Made by a program: the position numbers and the translations under genes. Shown here in pieces: positions 50,584 to 64,000 of a stretch of DNA of 64,000 nucleotides (position 1 is the first letter of the stretch; each line of letters opens with the position of its first letter). Source of the DNA: Octopus vulgaris (Eukaryota); NCBI GenBank assembly GCA_951406725.2, contig OX597830.1, positions 55,056,001 to 55,120,000 of the forward strand, in the 5' to 3' direction. The notes under the pieces are model-generated. The model was not told the origin of the DNA. It did no database searches and saw only the letters and a list, made by a program, of their open reading frames with translations.

Positions 50584-53500
50584 ATCCTGATGTGAAAACT
50601 GAAAGCCCCACTTCTTTTCAAGTGCAAATTGTTTTGATCTATTATCTACACAGGCCTGCCAGGACTTTATTGACGTTTTATATTACTTTCTCCTGCTTCT
50701 ACCACTGGCAAATCATCTCTCTGGTTTAAAGTATTTTGTGTTGCTACTTGCTTTGTCATGTACTGTTGTATATGTTTCATTTGAATACTGTAATGACAAT
50801 ATATCACACTCCGGGACTATGAAGATAGTACTACTGGCACTGTATCGCCACTAAATATTATTGAAGGGTCTGTATATGGTTGCTAACTGGTTTTTCAACT
50901 TATGGTGTACAGATATGAATTAATGACGGGGGTGAATTCATGGTTCTTCAAACTGCCAGATGTAACAGCAAAATTTATATTAAATGACTCCTTGCCATCT
51001 TAATGAAGGAAAGGCACATTAGACTATATTGTGAGATACACAATGGCAGACTAGTCATTGCTTGAATTCCTTTGATCATAGGTCTGTTTGATCAAGGTAA
51101 ACTACAAGAACAATCAGATAAATAGCGCAATAATATCATTGATGTTAAATTAAATTTGTGTCATCGTTAATATTTGTAATTATTAAATAATTATTTCTCA
51201 GGTTTTTAATAAATACAGTTAACTCACCACCACCCCCTTTTTTTTAAATTTAAATGATGCATAAAAACTTTTTAAATTATTCTTAAGAGAAGAAAAAGAA
51301 AATCATTTAATGTATTGCATGTGTTAAAAGGTTTTTTTTGCAAGTTAGCTTTGTTGAAAAGAAATTATATTAATGAAACATTTGGGTAAATGCCAATCTT
51401 TATAGGACAGTAAATACTTGTTCTAAATTATTCTAGGCTATCTTGCGGCAAACGTGTTTTTTATTGATTTTTTCCTTTTTAATTCTAATATTGTCTATTT
51501 AATATTAGATCTTGCAATAGGTTTTTAAGTCTTCTTCTTCATAAGTAATATCCTATAAACAAATCATTCTATTTTATAGCATGACAACAATGTAAATGGC
51601 TACTTACTGCTAATCTTCAGCTGGTTCATAATTGCTCTTTAAAATTAAAATGTTTACATATTGGATTCATACCTTTGGAGAAAAATACAAAAAAACAATT
51701 AGAATTATGTATGTGTGTATTTATGCCCCCCTCAACTCTGTTTATGACCCCTTAACATTGAGGTAGTGGTTTGCCAAAAGAAACTAATGGAATAAGTACC
51801 TGACTTCAAAACAATATACTGGGGTCAATTTGCTCAACTAAACCTTTCAAGGTGTGCTGCAGAATGGTCACCGGCCAGTGACTGAAACAAGTAAAAGCTA
51901 TCAAAAATTTTGAGGGGGTAATTTAAGAAGAAAAACTTTTGCAGGTATTATACACAGGGGTTCAGTTTGAAAATGACACATGGTTTCATACGTTGAGATA
52001 AATGAAGAGGTCTTCAATAGATTATTGGCAGGAATTAGCAAAAGAAGCAGAAAGGTTGAAAATTCTTTAAAGAATGTTCTGTGATACCTCTCTTTCTCTC
52101 CCTCACACATACAATCTCATATTTATGAATACTTAAGGTAAAACATATTAGATGTTAGTTTGAAGGATTGGTTTACCTCCCACTGTTATATGTGAATGGG
52201 TCTGCTTGCAAAGCTAGATAGATAACGCAATTTCTTAAGGGCATTTTGTGTTTTGAATTTGGCAACTAAAGAAGCTGGAATGTCGAGTAAATTATGTGTT
52301 TGTTATGTGTGCGATGTTAGGAGCGGAGTTTATTAGAAAATCTGGTAGCAAAGATAGCAGCTTTTTAGAGCTAGCCTGCAGTTGACTGAGCTGTCTGTGT
52401 TGTATAATGGGATGTGTGTGTGTTTATAGTTACATATGTAGTTGTAAGTAACTGGTAAAATGGTGGGGAGAGAGATCATTGGCTTGCTTTTCTTTCACCG
52501 AATGTCTCTTTTTGTAATGGTTGCTTCACAACCATTGCAGCTGGAGTCAGTCAGCATTTAGTCAGTGGGTTTTCAATGGCACAGCTTCATTACTTTGAAG
52601 GTTTTTTCATTGTTTGTTTTTGTGTATATTTGTTAGTCTGGGAAAGGAAGGGCTTGTTGTGTGGTGAGGTTAGTATAATTATTATGTTGTCAATATTGTC
52701 TGATATTTAGTGGAAAGATAGAGCTGGGGAGTGGGAGGGAGAAGGGCCTGTGAAATATTAGGAAGAAAGGTGGGTATGGTGAGTTAGTTTGGAAATGGTG
52801 TTGGATCTGTAAATTCAAAAGCAGATTGGTGACATGGTGTTCATCAGGAATATCACATCCTATTCACTCTTAGCTCTATCAGAAAGAAAATAAAGACTGA
52901 AGTGTGTATATAACATTTTGTAGGTAGATGTGTTGAAAATAGGGCTAAAATACGTTTTTTTTTTTTTTGTGATTACAAACTTTTCAATTGAACAAAAAAA
53001 AATTGTAACTTTCTCCTGTCAATAAGCTCTTAAAGGAAACTTTGTCATTCTGAAATCTGATCTAATTAAAGGTATTTACAGATAATCGTCAGCAAAGAAA
53101 GTCTTGATTTTATGGTGTTATTTATTCTTTGTTTTAACATATTATCACCACTTTTGTTGTGTGAAAACTTTCAATTTTCTTTTGCTAAGTAGATTAGCTG
53201 AGGCATTAAAAAATGTTTTGTCTAAGGCATGTGCATTACTGCTTCATCGTACAGGCACCAAGGTAATCCAAACTCTTCATAATTAACAGACAATTGTAAT
53301 ACAATTGTCTGACTGCAGAGGTAAAAGAACATTTGGGAACACTGATGCATTACTAGTCATCATATGAACAGTGTAGTGTATATGACTCATGCATGGAAAA
53401 AAATAGTTGCTTTAGGGAAAACATAAGCCAATATGTACTGTTAGATGGGTGGTTTGGGTTGAAAGAGTTTTTATGAAGATGTAGTTATTAAACAACAGGA

Positions 53501-54813
53501 TGAAAATGATTTTGAATAAAACTGTGGGTGTGTTACATTATACCATCTCTTCCTGAGGAAAATTGTTTATCTTGATTAAACCAACAATGGATGGTGACAA
53601 GTAAAAAAAAAACGTTTTTTGTATTTCTTACAGATGTTAACTATAGTTCCAATCTTAAACAAGTGTGTAGATTTACTACCTATGTGTGTATGAGAAAGTG
53701 AAGATTCTTTACTAGAACATTATATCAGTAAAATACGACTTACATATGTGTGTGTGTGTGACTTCACAGATTTTCTTTCCATATCACTCTGTACCTTAGG
53801 TATATAGTTGTAGTATTGGAGGAAGGTGGTGTCTGCTATACTGAAATAAGTATGTTAAGACATTTTACAAGTTCTACGATATGCATAAACATGCTATTCA
53901 AAATGTAATATGAAACTAAGGCTAATTTAGTAAACCTATTCAAAATAGACATATGGTTTTAAGTTACTATTTCAGAATTAAATAAAATTCAAATTAGTTA
54001 ATAATTATTTCCCTCCCCAACTCTTGAAAGCACCAAAATTATTTCAGTTGTAGCCACTGACTACAGATGTATAGCCTTGTAGCCTCTCAAAACCACTGAA
54101 TCGAGCAAATTAACTATAATATGATTATCTTAGTAATAATACTTTATACTCACAATTAACATTTTACATTGTCAAATTTAGCATCATTAAATAGAAATTT
54201 ATCTTCATTGAAGATTGCTTTCAAAGACTTTTTTTTTTTACTTTTAGCATATTTTTCCTATAAGTACAAATAGTCTTGCAATTTAATATCTAATTGCTTT
54301 TATTATTCCAGTCTGTCATCTTCAATTTAATTTTGGAGATATTCAAATTTAAATCAATTTAAAAGAATATTGATAAAGTTTTAATCTACAACTTCCCCTA
54401 CCTCTGCAGAAACTATAATGAACCTATTATGATTTGTTTCTTGTTTTCTTTTTATACAAACGTCTGAATATGCAAGATAAAATTACTTTTATGTCACTTT
54501 TCACTCACTCACTTAATTGCTAATTACATTTAATTATTTTGTTAGGAATGCATCTGTATGTTAAGTGACAGTTGTAGCTTCACTGATTTTTGCAATTAAG
54601 GCTTACTTCATCTGTAGATTGTGGTTGGAGTGTCAGATGTAATCAAACAGATTTATCAGATTCTTACCAGCGTGGATAACCAAGCAAGTTGCTAAGGCAG
54701 TCTGTATGTGATCACTTGGCCTGCTAAAAGTAGCAGCGAAGTCTCCATCTTTTACTTGTAACATCCTATTATCTTAAAATACCTGGACATTTTGATAATG
54801 TAGTTTTGTGTGT

Positions 54814-55412
54814 GTGAGGTGGGTTCAAAAAGTATCCATGCCACCCTTTCTGTGCATGTGTGAAAGTTTTTGCACCAGTGGGTCATGCCAGTTCCTGGCT
54901 GTTGCACACGGAATGCAGATATTCAGTGTGTGCTAATCAGATTTTCATTTTCATCAAACACATCGAGAAGAAACATTGCATCAAGTTTTACCAAAAGCTG
55001 GATACTCAAGTTCAAACCATCAAGAACATTCAGTCGGCCTTTGACAATGATGCTATGCACAAAACTCAGATCAAGGAGTGGTATAACTGCTTCAAACATT
55101 ACTGTAAGGTATGCTCAGGTAGGCCACCCACAAGCTGAAACAAGGAGCCGTTAAAGGTTTGGTGAATAATCATGCAAGACCATCTTGTAACAATCCAGGA
55201 AGCTGCTTACTAACTGGGAAGAATAACAGGATCAGTGCATTCCATTTTAATGGCAGATTTGTGCATGCGGAAGAGTGTCAGTAAAATTTATCCCATGCTG
55301 GTAGCACAGCAGAAGCAACTCCGCATGGAAATCACTCAGGGCATTCTGGACTGTGCAAACCATGACCCAGACTTCATGAAGACCATTATCACTGGTGATG
55401 GGACATGGGTTT
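54814..55412 (+). mobile_element. 5' part of a mariner transposon
   Basis: TIR-like tgaggtgggttcaaaaagt. Motifs HCIKFYQKL, QIKEWYNCFK, SGRP and DFMKTIITGDGTWV. Confidence 0.85.
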
Positions 55413-58400
55413 GTGGTCTTTGCTCATTGCTTTTGGTCATCTTACATAAAAATGAAAATTGGACAAACATGCACTGGATGTCAGCACTCTGGACATGGCA
55501 GCCGGGACCTGGCACAGCCTGCCAGTGCAGATGTTTTTATCTATGTGCAGGAAGGGTGGTGTCACCTCCCACCCAAAGGATTTTGCCCACAAGGCAGCAG
55601 TTGGATATATTTTGAATGAAAATTTCTGAAAAGATAAGGTGGTGATAGCTGAAGTGCCATTGGTCATAAGTCTAATATATCAAGGTTGATTGGGGCCTAA
55701 ATAATAACTACCATGTCATGGTATTGATGGTAATTTTAGTTTAAGTGCATCAATAGCTTTGTTAATTTTTGTAGATAGCATAATGAATGTTGGATATTAT
55801 TCTGGTGTCTCCTCTGTTGGCTTTGCAGTGAAAGGTTTCTTAATGTAAAAGGCAGACTGTATGAGGCATACTTTATACAGACATGCTTATAGTATTGCAT
55901 GGTACTGGGACAAGCATTGCATGCGCAGAATTTGTGTAGGCTGAAAAGTAAAATGAGGTGTGCATGATTTGTTGGACATTATATGATGTTATAACCTGCA
56001 TGAATGAATGAGAGAATGATTGAGAATTTAAAGTCATGAGCCGAAATAAGGAGGAGATGACTTAATATTTGATGCATTCAGTTGTCATTACAGTGGTGTG
56101 TGTTAATGAAAAGAACCTATGAAGGGAAATCGAAGGAAAAAGTTATGCCAGTACTTAGAGGTACAACAATGATGCGTTGTTGTGCAGGAGACAAGTCCAG
56201 TCCCTGCTGGCATGGCATGTTGGCAAGACATTTTTGAACTGAATAATGATGATTGTCTTCATCAGCTGCAGTATTAACACTTACACTTTAAACATTTTCT
56301 TGTTTGTGTTTGATGTTAGTGACAGTTTAACTGATTTTTAAATTCAGCCCTACATTCAAAAATCAGTTCAGAAAGCGACTCATATATATATTTTTCTACC
56401 TCTATGACTCCTGCATAAAACTGGGAAGAAGTATTTTAAATAGATTACATAGATTTCATTTCAGCTTGTGTTTTTAGTTACTAATTGTATTGGTATCTTC
56501 AGTACAACTCTAGGGCTCCACGTCTCCTTTGATCTTCAAGTTGTGCTCCATGCTGAGAAAATAACAAGCCCCCATTACAAACACAGTTTCCTAGTAATAT
56601 TCTTACATTAAGGATGTGGCTAATATAATTTTGGAATCTATAGGAAAATATGTTCCTGTTAAACATGTTAGCAGGAATTAATACATTAAAAATAATTTTT
56701 TTAAGTCATCTTTTTGAAGATTCCTTTTTCTTTGATACAAATGACTAACAAATTGTTCTCAACTGATGAAAACCATCATTAGAGACTAGTTACATGTATG
56801 GGTTCTCCAAGGGATTTACTGTCTTCATGTAAGACGATTTAGTGAACTTTAGTGAGTAGTGGTATTAACTCCTTATATTTAGTACCTGAGTAAACATATT
56901 ACTATTTTTTAGGATTCTGATAATGAACTCTGAATGAGTTAACTCCTATTTATTGCAAAACTTTTCTTTAGTATTTACAATAATATACAATACATTGTTT
57001 ATGCATTACATATACATAGTATTGTCTGTTAATAGTAACAGCTTATTAAATGTGTTTATTTTCTCTGCTGTTTTAAAATTTCATGGCATGGAAACCTTGT
57101 ATAGTTTATATTTGAGCAGTTGTTTTTACAGATGGATAGCATGTTTGTCGTTTAATAACACTACAGCCTTTAATCAGTCAAATAAACTGAAGCTGACAAA
57201 TGTTTTTTCCTCGAGAAGCTAAATGGCTGTAATAAAGTTTGATCACAAGACCACATGTTTAGCAGTGTAGCATTTTAACTGTATAGGAACTGTCTTGTAA
57301 AGGAGATATTTTAGTTACACAGGCTTTCCAAGCAGTCCCCCGACTTCAATGTACTACTTAATTGTTTAAGATGTTATTTCTACTTTGAGAATTTGATTGA
57401 CATCTATTCATCTTCTCATTTCTCTCTTCACAAATTCTCTTTCTTGAGATTTAGACTGAAAATGCTATTTCTCTTCACATTACACATTGGTAATATTACA
57501 CACAGGCACATACATAACAACACACATATATAACAAAGTACATTGAAATATGAGAATGAAAGCAAATAATTGAAAATGTAAGCAGATTGCGGATTTGTTT
57601 TTAGTTTTAGAAGTAAAGTTTAGAGTATGAAATATTGGGTATGAATATTTATTGAAAGTAGAGAGTAAAAATTAGGTTATGTCTTCCAACTTCTTCATGG
57701 CTTGCAATGAACATATTTGAAAACAGTTATGGTCAACGGAAGGGAAGTTTCAAAGGCAATAGCAGAATGTTTCTGAAGGGTAGTGAATACCTAATCCTGT
57801 ATAACTTCCTCCTATAAACTTAGCTTTCTGTGAAGAATATTCTGTTTTAGAAGTAATGCTCAGGCATTTAACTAGACTTTATTTTAGATTAGATAGTTTC
57901 ACTGGGAATAGTAAATAAATGGCTGGGGAATTTATGAAATTTTCAACTTTCTGTCCAGAATGTTTACACAAAACTTTTGTTTTTTTTTAACCAAGGCAAT
58001 GGTACTAATTTAAAGAGTAAATTTTTTTATTGCCTATGCTGTTATCCAAAAAAGGCTTTTATTTTATCATTTCTCCAGACTAAATGGTGTGTGAGTATGT
58101 TTTCTCTTTAAGTGTATGTATGTCTATGTGCACACCTTTTTAATGCATATGATAACATTTAGTTGGACTGAGAAACAGGCTTTTGCAAACTGTAACGTTT
58201 AGTAAAACTACACACTACAAAAAAATTAGGGATGGTGGTGGAGTGTGGAAATAAATTGTTGTAATGTTTCTCTGTGAGAAATACTTTTCTATACATATTT
58301 TATTTGTGAATTTTACTAATTAATCAAGGGTTAATTATTTGAAAGCTTCACAGCAAATGTCTAGCACTTGTAAATACACAATAGAAATAGAATTCAACCT

Positions 58401-60184
58401 TAAATTGCAACAGACTTAGATTTTTTGTTGTTTTGTTCATTGATTTGAAAATTTCTAATTAATTTAGCATTTAGTAAAATACAATCAATACAAAATGAAT
58501 TATCTCAAAGTAAATATGTTGACTTTTTTCTTATCTGTTCTGATAATCATAAAAACTCAGTAGTTCATTTTTTTTTTTTTTACATACATCATGCACACAC
58601 ATACACACATATATTGTTACTTAGTTTTGAGATTTACATACAGAAAGTTCTTATTTTTATCTCTTTTTTTTTTAAAACATTTTATTTTGTTAATTATGTG
58701 GGATATCAGTAGCATATTATTACTAATGCCCTTGGGAAATGCATGAATGTCATTACTTAACAATATTCCTTCCCCCAAAAATAAGCTTTCATCATGCCTC
58801 TCTAGCAGATATTTGGAAAGGCACCTAGCATGGGTTATAATTGTTGTATCTCTCTAGTTTTAGTATTAACAAGGTTCTAAAGCTAATCAAAAGAATTGCC
58901 TGACAAATAGTTTTATTCGTCAGACTCATTAAGTTGCTGGACTACTTACTGACTATAAGGTAATGAATTTATGGTAAACATCTATAAAAGTAATTCTATG
59001 CTAATTAAAAAAAAAATGAAATATGAGAAAAAAGATTTTTCACTTTTTATAGTTACAAGTTTAAAACAGGATATTCTCTATTCAGATCAGTACTTGATAA
59101 AATGTGCTTTTAAACTAATCAGTGTTATGTTTTTGCAAGGTGATTTGTTCTTATCCCTTCTATAAAATTACCAAGACTGCTTTTTCAATTATTCCAATTT
59201 GAAGAAAATATATTTCAAGTTTTAAGTCATTTTTGTTAATTTCTAAATAGTATTATTTTTTATGTTTCATATGAATTTGAAGTGATCTTGGTAATTTTTT
59301 TTCATTTTTATGGAGCTTGCTTGAATTTAGTCAAATTCCATGTGCTAATATTCATTGTTTTGTTGTCATAAAAAAAAACCTTGCATGGTTGTAAATCTAT
59401 TATTATAGTTAAAATACTGTTATTTGGTCTGGCTATAAATTTGTTAGATTTACTTGAATTGCATGACACAATACTAATGTTATAATGTTAAAAGCTTATA
59501 CTATCACTTGCACAGTTATCAAAGAGAATATATTTAGCTCCAAAGGTAGTCATTTTGGATTTTTTTATATCAAGATAATTACATATGATAGTTAGGAGAT
59601 CTTACATTTTTTTTCTTAAACTCCTAAATATTTAAAAAATCATAGTTTCAGTATGTTGTAAACTGTTGTCTCTCTTTACACTTAAAAATACTTGAGTATA
59701 TGTGTCCCTAAAGGATTGCGTTACAATATATATATGAATGATTTCTAATTTTTTAGAATCCTCATTAAAATAGCTTTTGGATGTTCTTTAAAAATAAATG
59801 GCAATTATTGTTTGATCAGAAAAGTTGATATTAAATATTTTTTTCCCTCAACTGTAAATAATATTTAAGAAGTAGTAAATTGATTAGTATTTTAAACATA
59901 AATGGAAAATAACTTTAAAATATTGTGTTGAAATTTGAAGGTGTAGGTTTTATATTAAACCAGTAACACATACTTCCACATAATATTTATGTACACATTT
60001 TATTTCCTGTAAATCTTTCCAATCATCAAAACTTTCTATAGTTAAAACTTTTATTCTTCTAATGGTGTTCTTGTACCCACCTCTTGGATTTATTGCTTTC
60101 GACTCTAAAATTAGGCTATACATTATTTTTCATCTATTGTAAGAAAATTGCACATGTCTCTAGCGAATGTTACCCCTTTTTCAG

Positions 60185-60210
60185 CAAATGTTAAGAGTTG
60201 ACTAAAAATG
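60185..60210 (+). other. Candidate 26-nt exon ending in AAAATG
   Basis: Acceptor ccccttttcAG and donor ATG|GTAAGT. All three frames have stops before the terminal ATG. Confidence 0.4.
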
Positions 60211-62257
60211 GTAAGTATATATTTGACAGACACTGCAGTGGGTTACACATTATGTAATTGACATTGAACGAAATTCAATACTGCTCTTATGGTGTTGAAT
60301 GAGTTGGTAAAAATAATCATTTATGAAAAATCTTATAGGTTTTCATAAATGGTTTTTAAAAAAAATCATTGATATGTAAGCATTCAACACCATTTGCAGG
60401 CAGTTTTATGTAGACATAATTTTATCTGCAATTAGCATGGGTAATGCTGGCTTGATATTGTGTGTGTAATCTTTTAAATGCTTTGGATACTCCCTAACTA
60501 AGCATTCTTAGAATCAAACAAATGTTAACTGATATTTTCTGTTTTGACTATGCTATCATGTCTTTGAAATTTACTTACAAGAAATTAAGAAATATTCATT
60601 TGTCATTATCAGAATAATTATGTAATTGATTGCTGTGTCTGAGTAATGGTTAGAATAATATTTTTCACTACAATATTTGTTCATTATCCCTGCTTCACTT
60701 GCCAGCTGCTAGGATGTTAGCTTTCATTCTAACAATCAAACTATTGTATTGACACATTTTTCTCTTGGTTTTACAAAGTGAAGTCTCTCTCTCTCTCTTT
60801 TTCTCTTTCCCTCTCTCTCTCTCTCCTTTAAATCTTTGGTAATGCTTGAACAAATAATGTTAAAGTATTACTATAGAAAATAATGTATGAATGAACCAAT
60901 AATTGCAATTCTGTTCATTTTTATTGACTAAAAAAGGTAGTTGGTAGAACATTTTTGGGAGAGGTACTTTGTTTAAATATTAAATACATGTAAACTAACT
61001 GATAAGTAAATAAAGTATATAATTAGAACTATCGGATAACTTCCTGTTCTCTCTCTCATATATATACACACACACACACACATATTTATATCCATCCATC
61101 CTCACATGCACACATACAGTGAATACAAGTGTGTTTGAATTAAAAGGAAGATAAAAGTAATCAATGTCAAGTAGAGTTAATACATTTTTATTTTCTAAGT
61201 TGATAACTTGACAGAAAGTTACTCAAGTCTTCTGTTTCCAGTTGTCAAAATGAGTTTGATTCCTGGTAACAAGGAAAATAGACTGCCTGTACAGTTATCA
61301 GTATCAAAATCGCGCGCGCGCGCACACACATGCACACACACACACACACGCACACACCTATTTGTCTATCAAAAAACTAAATTTTGTCTCTTCGATGTCA
61401 CAACAGTGTATTAACACATTCAAGAATATTTTGATAGGAAAAGTGTTCCAAGTTGTAGCTTAGTAACAATAGTGTTTGTACTCTTTATCCTGTCAGTTGC
61501 TTTCATTATTGCGTTAAATAGAAAAGTAGTGATAGCTTACTGTTATTTTTATTAGTTCACCTTGTAATAATTTATTTAAAATGTCTGTAACTTTGCTGAA
61601 GTTGAATTGGAATTCTATAGAAAGTATTTATTCTACTTACCGAAAAAAAGTAACTTCATTTTCTCTTTCAATTACTTGTAGGATGCAATAAAATTGATAT
61701 ACTGAGTGTTATAATTATTTCATAATCATATTCCCTACCTTAACTGAAATATAATACAATTTTTATTTCGCTTAATTTATATTTTGCTCACTAATTTTAA
61801 CTCTAAAACCTTCAACTAACCTCTTTATATTATCACTATGATAAATGTTTCAACTATTTTGTTCTTAGTTTTAAAATTTCTCAAGTATTAATGTAAGTAA
61901 TTTTAACTATTTATAAATTGATCATACAAACATTTTTCTCACATAATTTATGCCTCAGATTCTTAACCTTGGATATTGTTTAGTTCTTTGGAAAAGAAAA
62001 TATCAAGGGTTTTCAACGTTTTACTTTCTGGATGCTTTTTCTGGGAAATTTCCTTAGCATTTATTTACATATTTATATCTAAGGGCATGAAGCCAAATTA
62101 GTGATGAAAGGTGTGAAAAATCTAAAACTCTCCTTCTTTTGCTGGTCTGCATTTGAAAAACTTATAGCATAAGTTTTTCAATAGCATTCAGATGTTCCAA
62201 ACAAACCATTTTACAGTTTACTTATACAGATTTGTTTTACATTTTAAGTGTCAGTGC

Positions 62258-62259
<2 letters not shown>

Positions 62260-62299
<40 letters not shown>

Positions 62300-62347
62300 C
62301 ATGTTTTATATGCATATATGTTATATATATATTTATATATAAGCATA

Positions 62348-62390
<43 letters not shown>

Positions 62391-62592
62391 CATATATTTT
62401 ATATGCATATATGTTATATACATATATAAGCATATGTTTTATATGCATATATGTTATATATTTATATATAAGCATATGTTTTATATATATATATGTATAT
62501 ATATTATCTATTTATATATATATACACCCACGCACACAAATATTTCAAAAATATATATTTGTGTTTGTGAGTTTCTGTGCATATAGCCATAC

Positions 62593-62641
<49 letters not shown>

Positions 62642-62690
62642 TTTATGTATATATGTGTGTATATGTATGAATATATTTATATAAATATTT
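62260..62690. repeat. (TA)n compound microsatellite/minisatellite
   Basis: Visible directly. Confidence 0.9.
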
Positions 62691-62693
62691 GTG

Positions 62694-63916
62694 TAGGGTG
62701 TTCTGGCTAAATTTGACAGTTTGCATAAAAAGAAAAGAAAATACAATATCCCATCCGAAAACAAAAGTATTTAAAAAAATCAAAAAATATCAACTGGATG
62801 ACTTGGAGATAGCAGTTTACTCAAAGTAGCCACCCTCAGCAGCCACCCTGGCCTCAAGATGGCTCTGGAATCGGGCATGTGCATTCTTCACTTTATCCTT
62901 GTGAAGATCTTCAATAAACTTCTTGATATTGCCATCAGCTTGGCCTTGGTGTAGAGTTTTTGGTGTCTTTTTCAACTGTCTCACACATAGTAATCCATGG
63001 GATTACAATCAGGGGAATTAGGAGGCCAGACATTGAGGCTGGTGAAGTTGTAGAAATTCCCCAACAACTACTATTTCTGGAGGTATAGCAAGGAGCCAAA
63101 TCCTGCAGTCATACATATGCCTTCCAGCACCAACCCTCCTCAACAGCTTCACATTGCTGTCTGAACTGAACCTAAAGCCCTGTTCTAGAAATAGTGTGCA
63201 TGACATCACCCTCTCTCGGGACACATCCGAACACCCAAAGACCATCATGGTTTAGGGAAACTTGGTTTTCATGATGCATAGAACATAGCATGGATTGTAG
63301 GCAAACCACCTGTTGTTTTGGGTGTTGTGCAACTTGTCTTGACTGAAGTTTTTTGTTTTTCGTTTGAGAAGATCCATTTTTAGGAGCTTCTTTTCCTTTG
63401 TCAAGCAGTTCTCCTTGGCTGTCAGAATTTGTCCCTTGCACCTTTTGTACAAGTGATAATGAAGGTCCTTATTCAGGGCCAGTTTCATGGTGGGGATGCC
63501 AACATCCATCTTCCATTACCAAAGCCTAGGTTCCCTTGCTTGGATCTTCCATCACCTTGTCCTGCAGTTGTTGGATGAACTCCAGTGTGTGGATGCAGTC
63601 AGAATGCCTGCTGTATCCTTCCTGTTGGTCATAACTTAGTAGTCTCTGTTGCAGCTGTCCACATCATGTCTGACAGCCTTTAGTGTTCATGGAACATTGA
63701 ACAGCAGCCATATGCCATAATGTCAGCACTTTGATATCTGGCATAAATCATCTTTATACAGTTAATTCTTTTCCACTACCTAGATGGTTTCCAGTTCACC
63801 ATCTCAGCTAATTTTCTTTTTCTAACTAAACTTTAATTGTTATGCCCTTCAACACTGTTGACTGTTCACCAAAAAAGGAGATATAAAAAGTCATCAAATT
63901 TAGCCAGAACACCCTG
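62694..63916 (-). mobile_element. Decayed Tc1/mariner (maT/DD37D-like) transposon
   Basis: TIRs agggtgttctggctaaatttga / tcaaatttagccagaacaccct. Motifs HNTQNNRW, MMVFGC and WPPNSPDCNPMDYYV. Confidence 0.88.
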
Positions 63917-64000
63917 TATGTATGCATATATGTGTATATTTGCATTTATGTATGTGTGTGTGTGTATGTATGATATGTATATGTGTATATATACGAAATG

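Noticed and set aside
51185-51210. AG|GT ratchet candidate (tttctcAG|GTTTTT)
   Set aside because: The regenerated donor is too weak; such a match is expected by chance.
61655-61725. Acceptor-like site ttttctctttcaattacttgtAG
   Set aside because: No convincing downstream donor or open frame.

Overview
Repeat-rich, AT-rich animal genomic DNA. The SINE families, RTE fragments and (TA)n/(CA)n density look like an octopus (coleoid cephalopod) genome; this is inferred from the repeats and not verified. The only confident protein gene is an intronless mitochondrial ribosomal protein S10 (MRPS10, minus strand, 9578-10207). It shares a CpG-rich bidirectional promoter with a divergent plus-strand gene of unknown identity. 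That gene's first donor is at 10694/10695, and its small candidate exons (36098-36152, 43222-43285, 60185-60210) are spread across about 50 kb of intron. The rest is tRNA-derived SINEs, RTE and Hero retrotransposon remnants, decayed Tc1/mariner elements, hAT and GG-ended MITEs, and micro/minisatellites. Most listed ORFs are microsatellite or TE noise. The main finding is two type I hammerhead ribozymes (2138-2198 plus; 40350-40425 minus). Both have an unusual U10.1-A11.1 pair and a minimal or palindromic stem III, and each is followed by a related ~130-nt structured domain, suggesting a ribozyme-bearing retroelement family. Also notable are candidate recursive-splicing (AG|GT) sites in the long intron and head-to-tail SINE multimers that share an identical junction at two independent loci.
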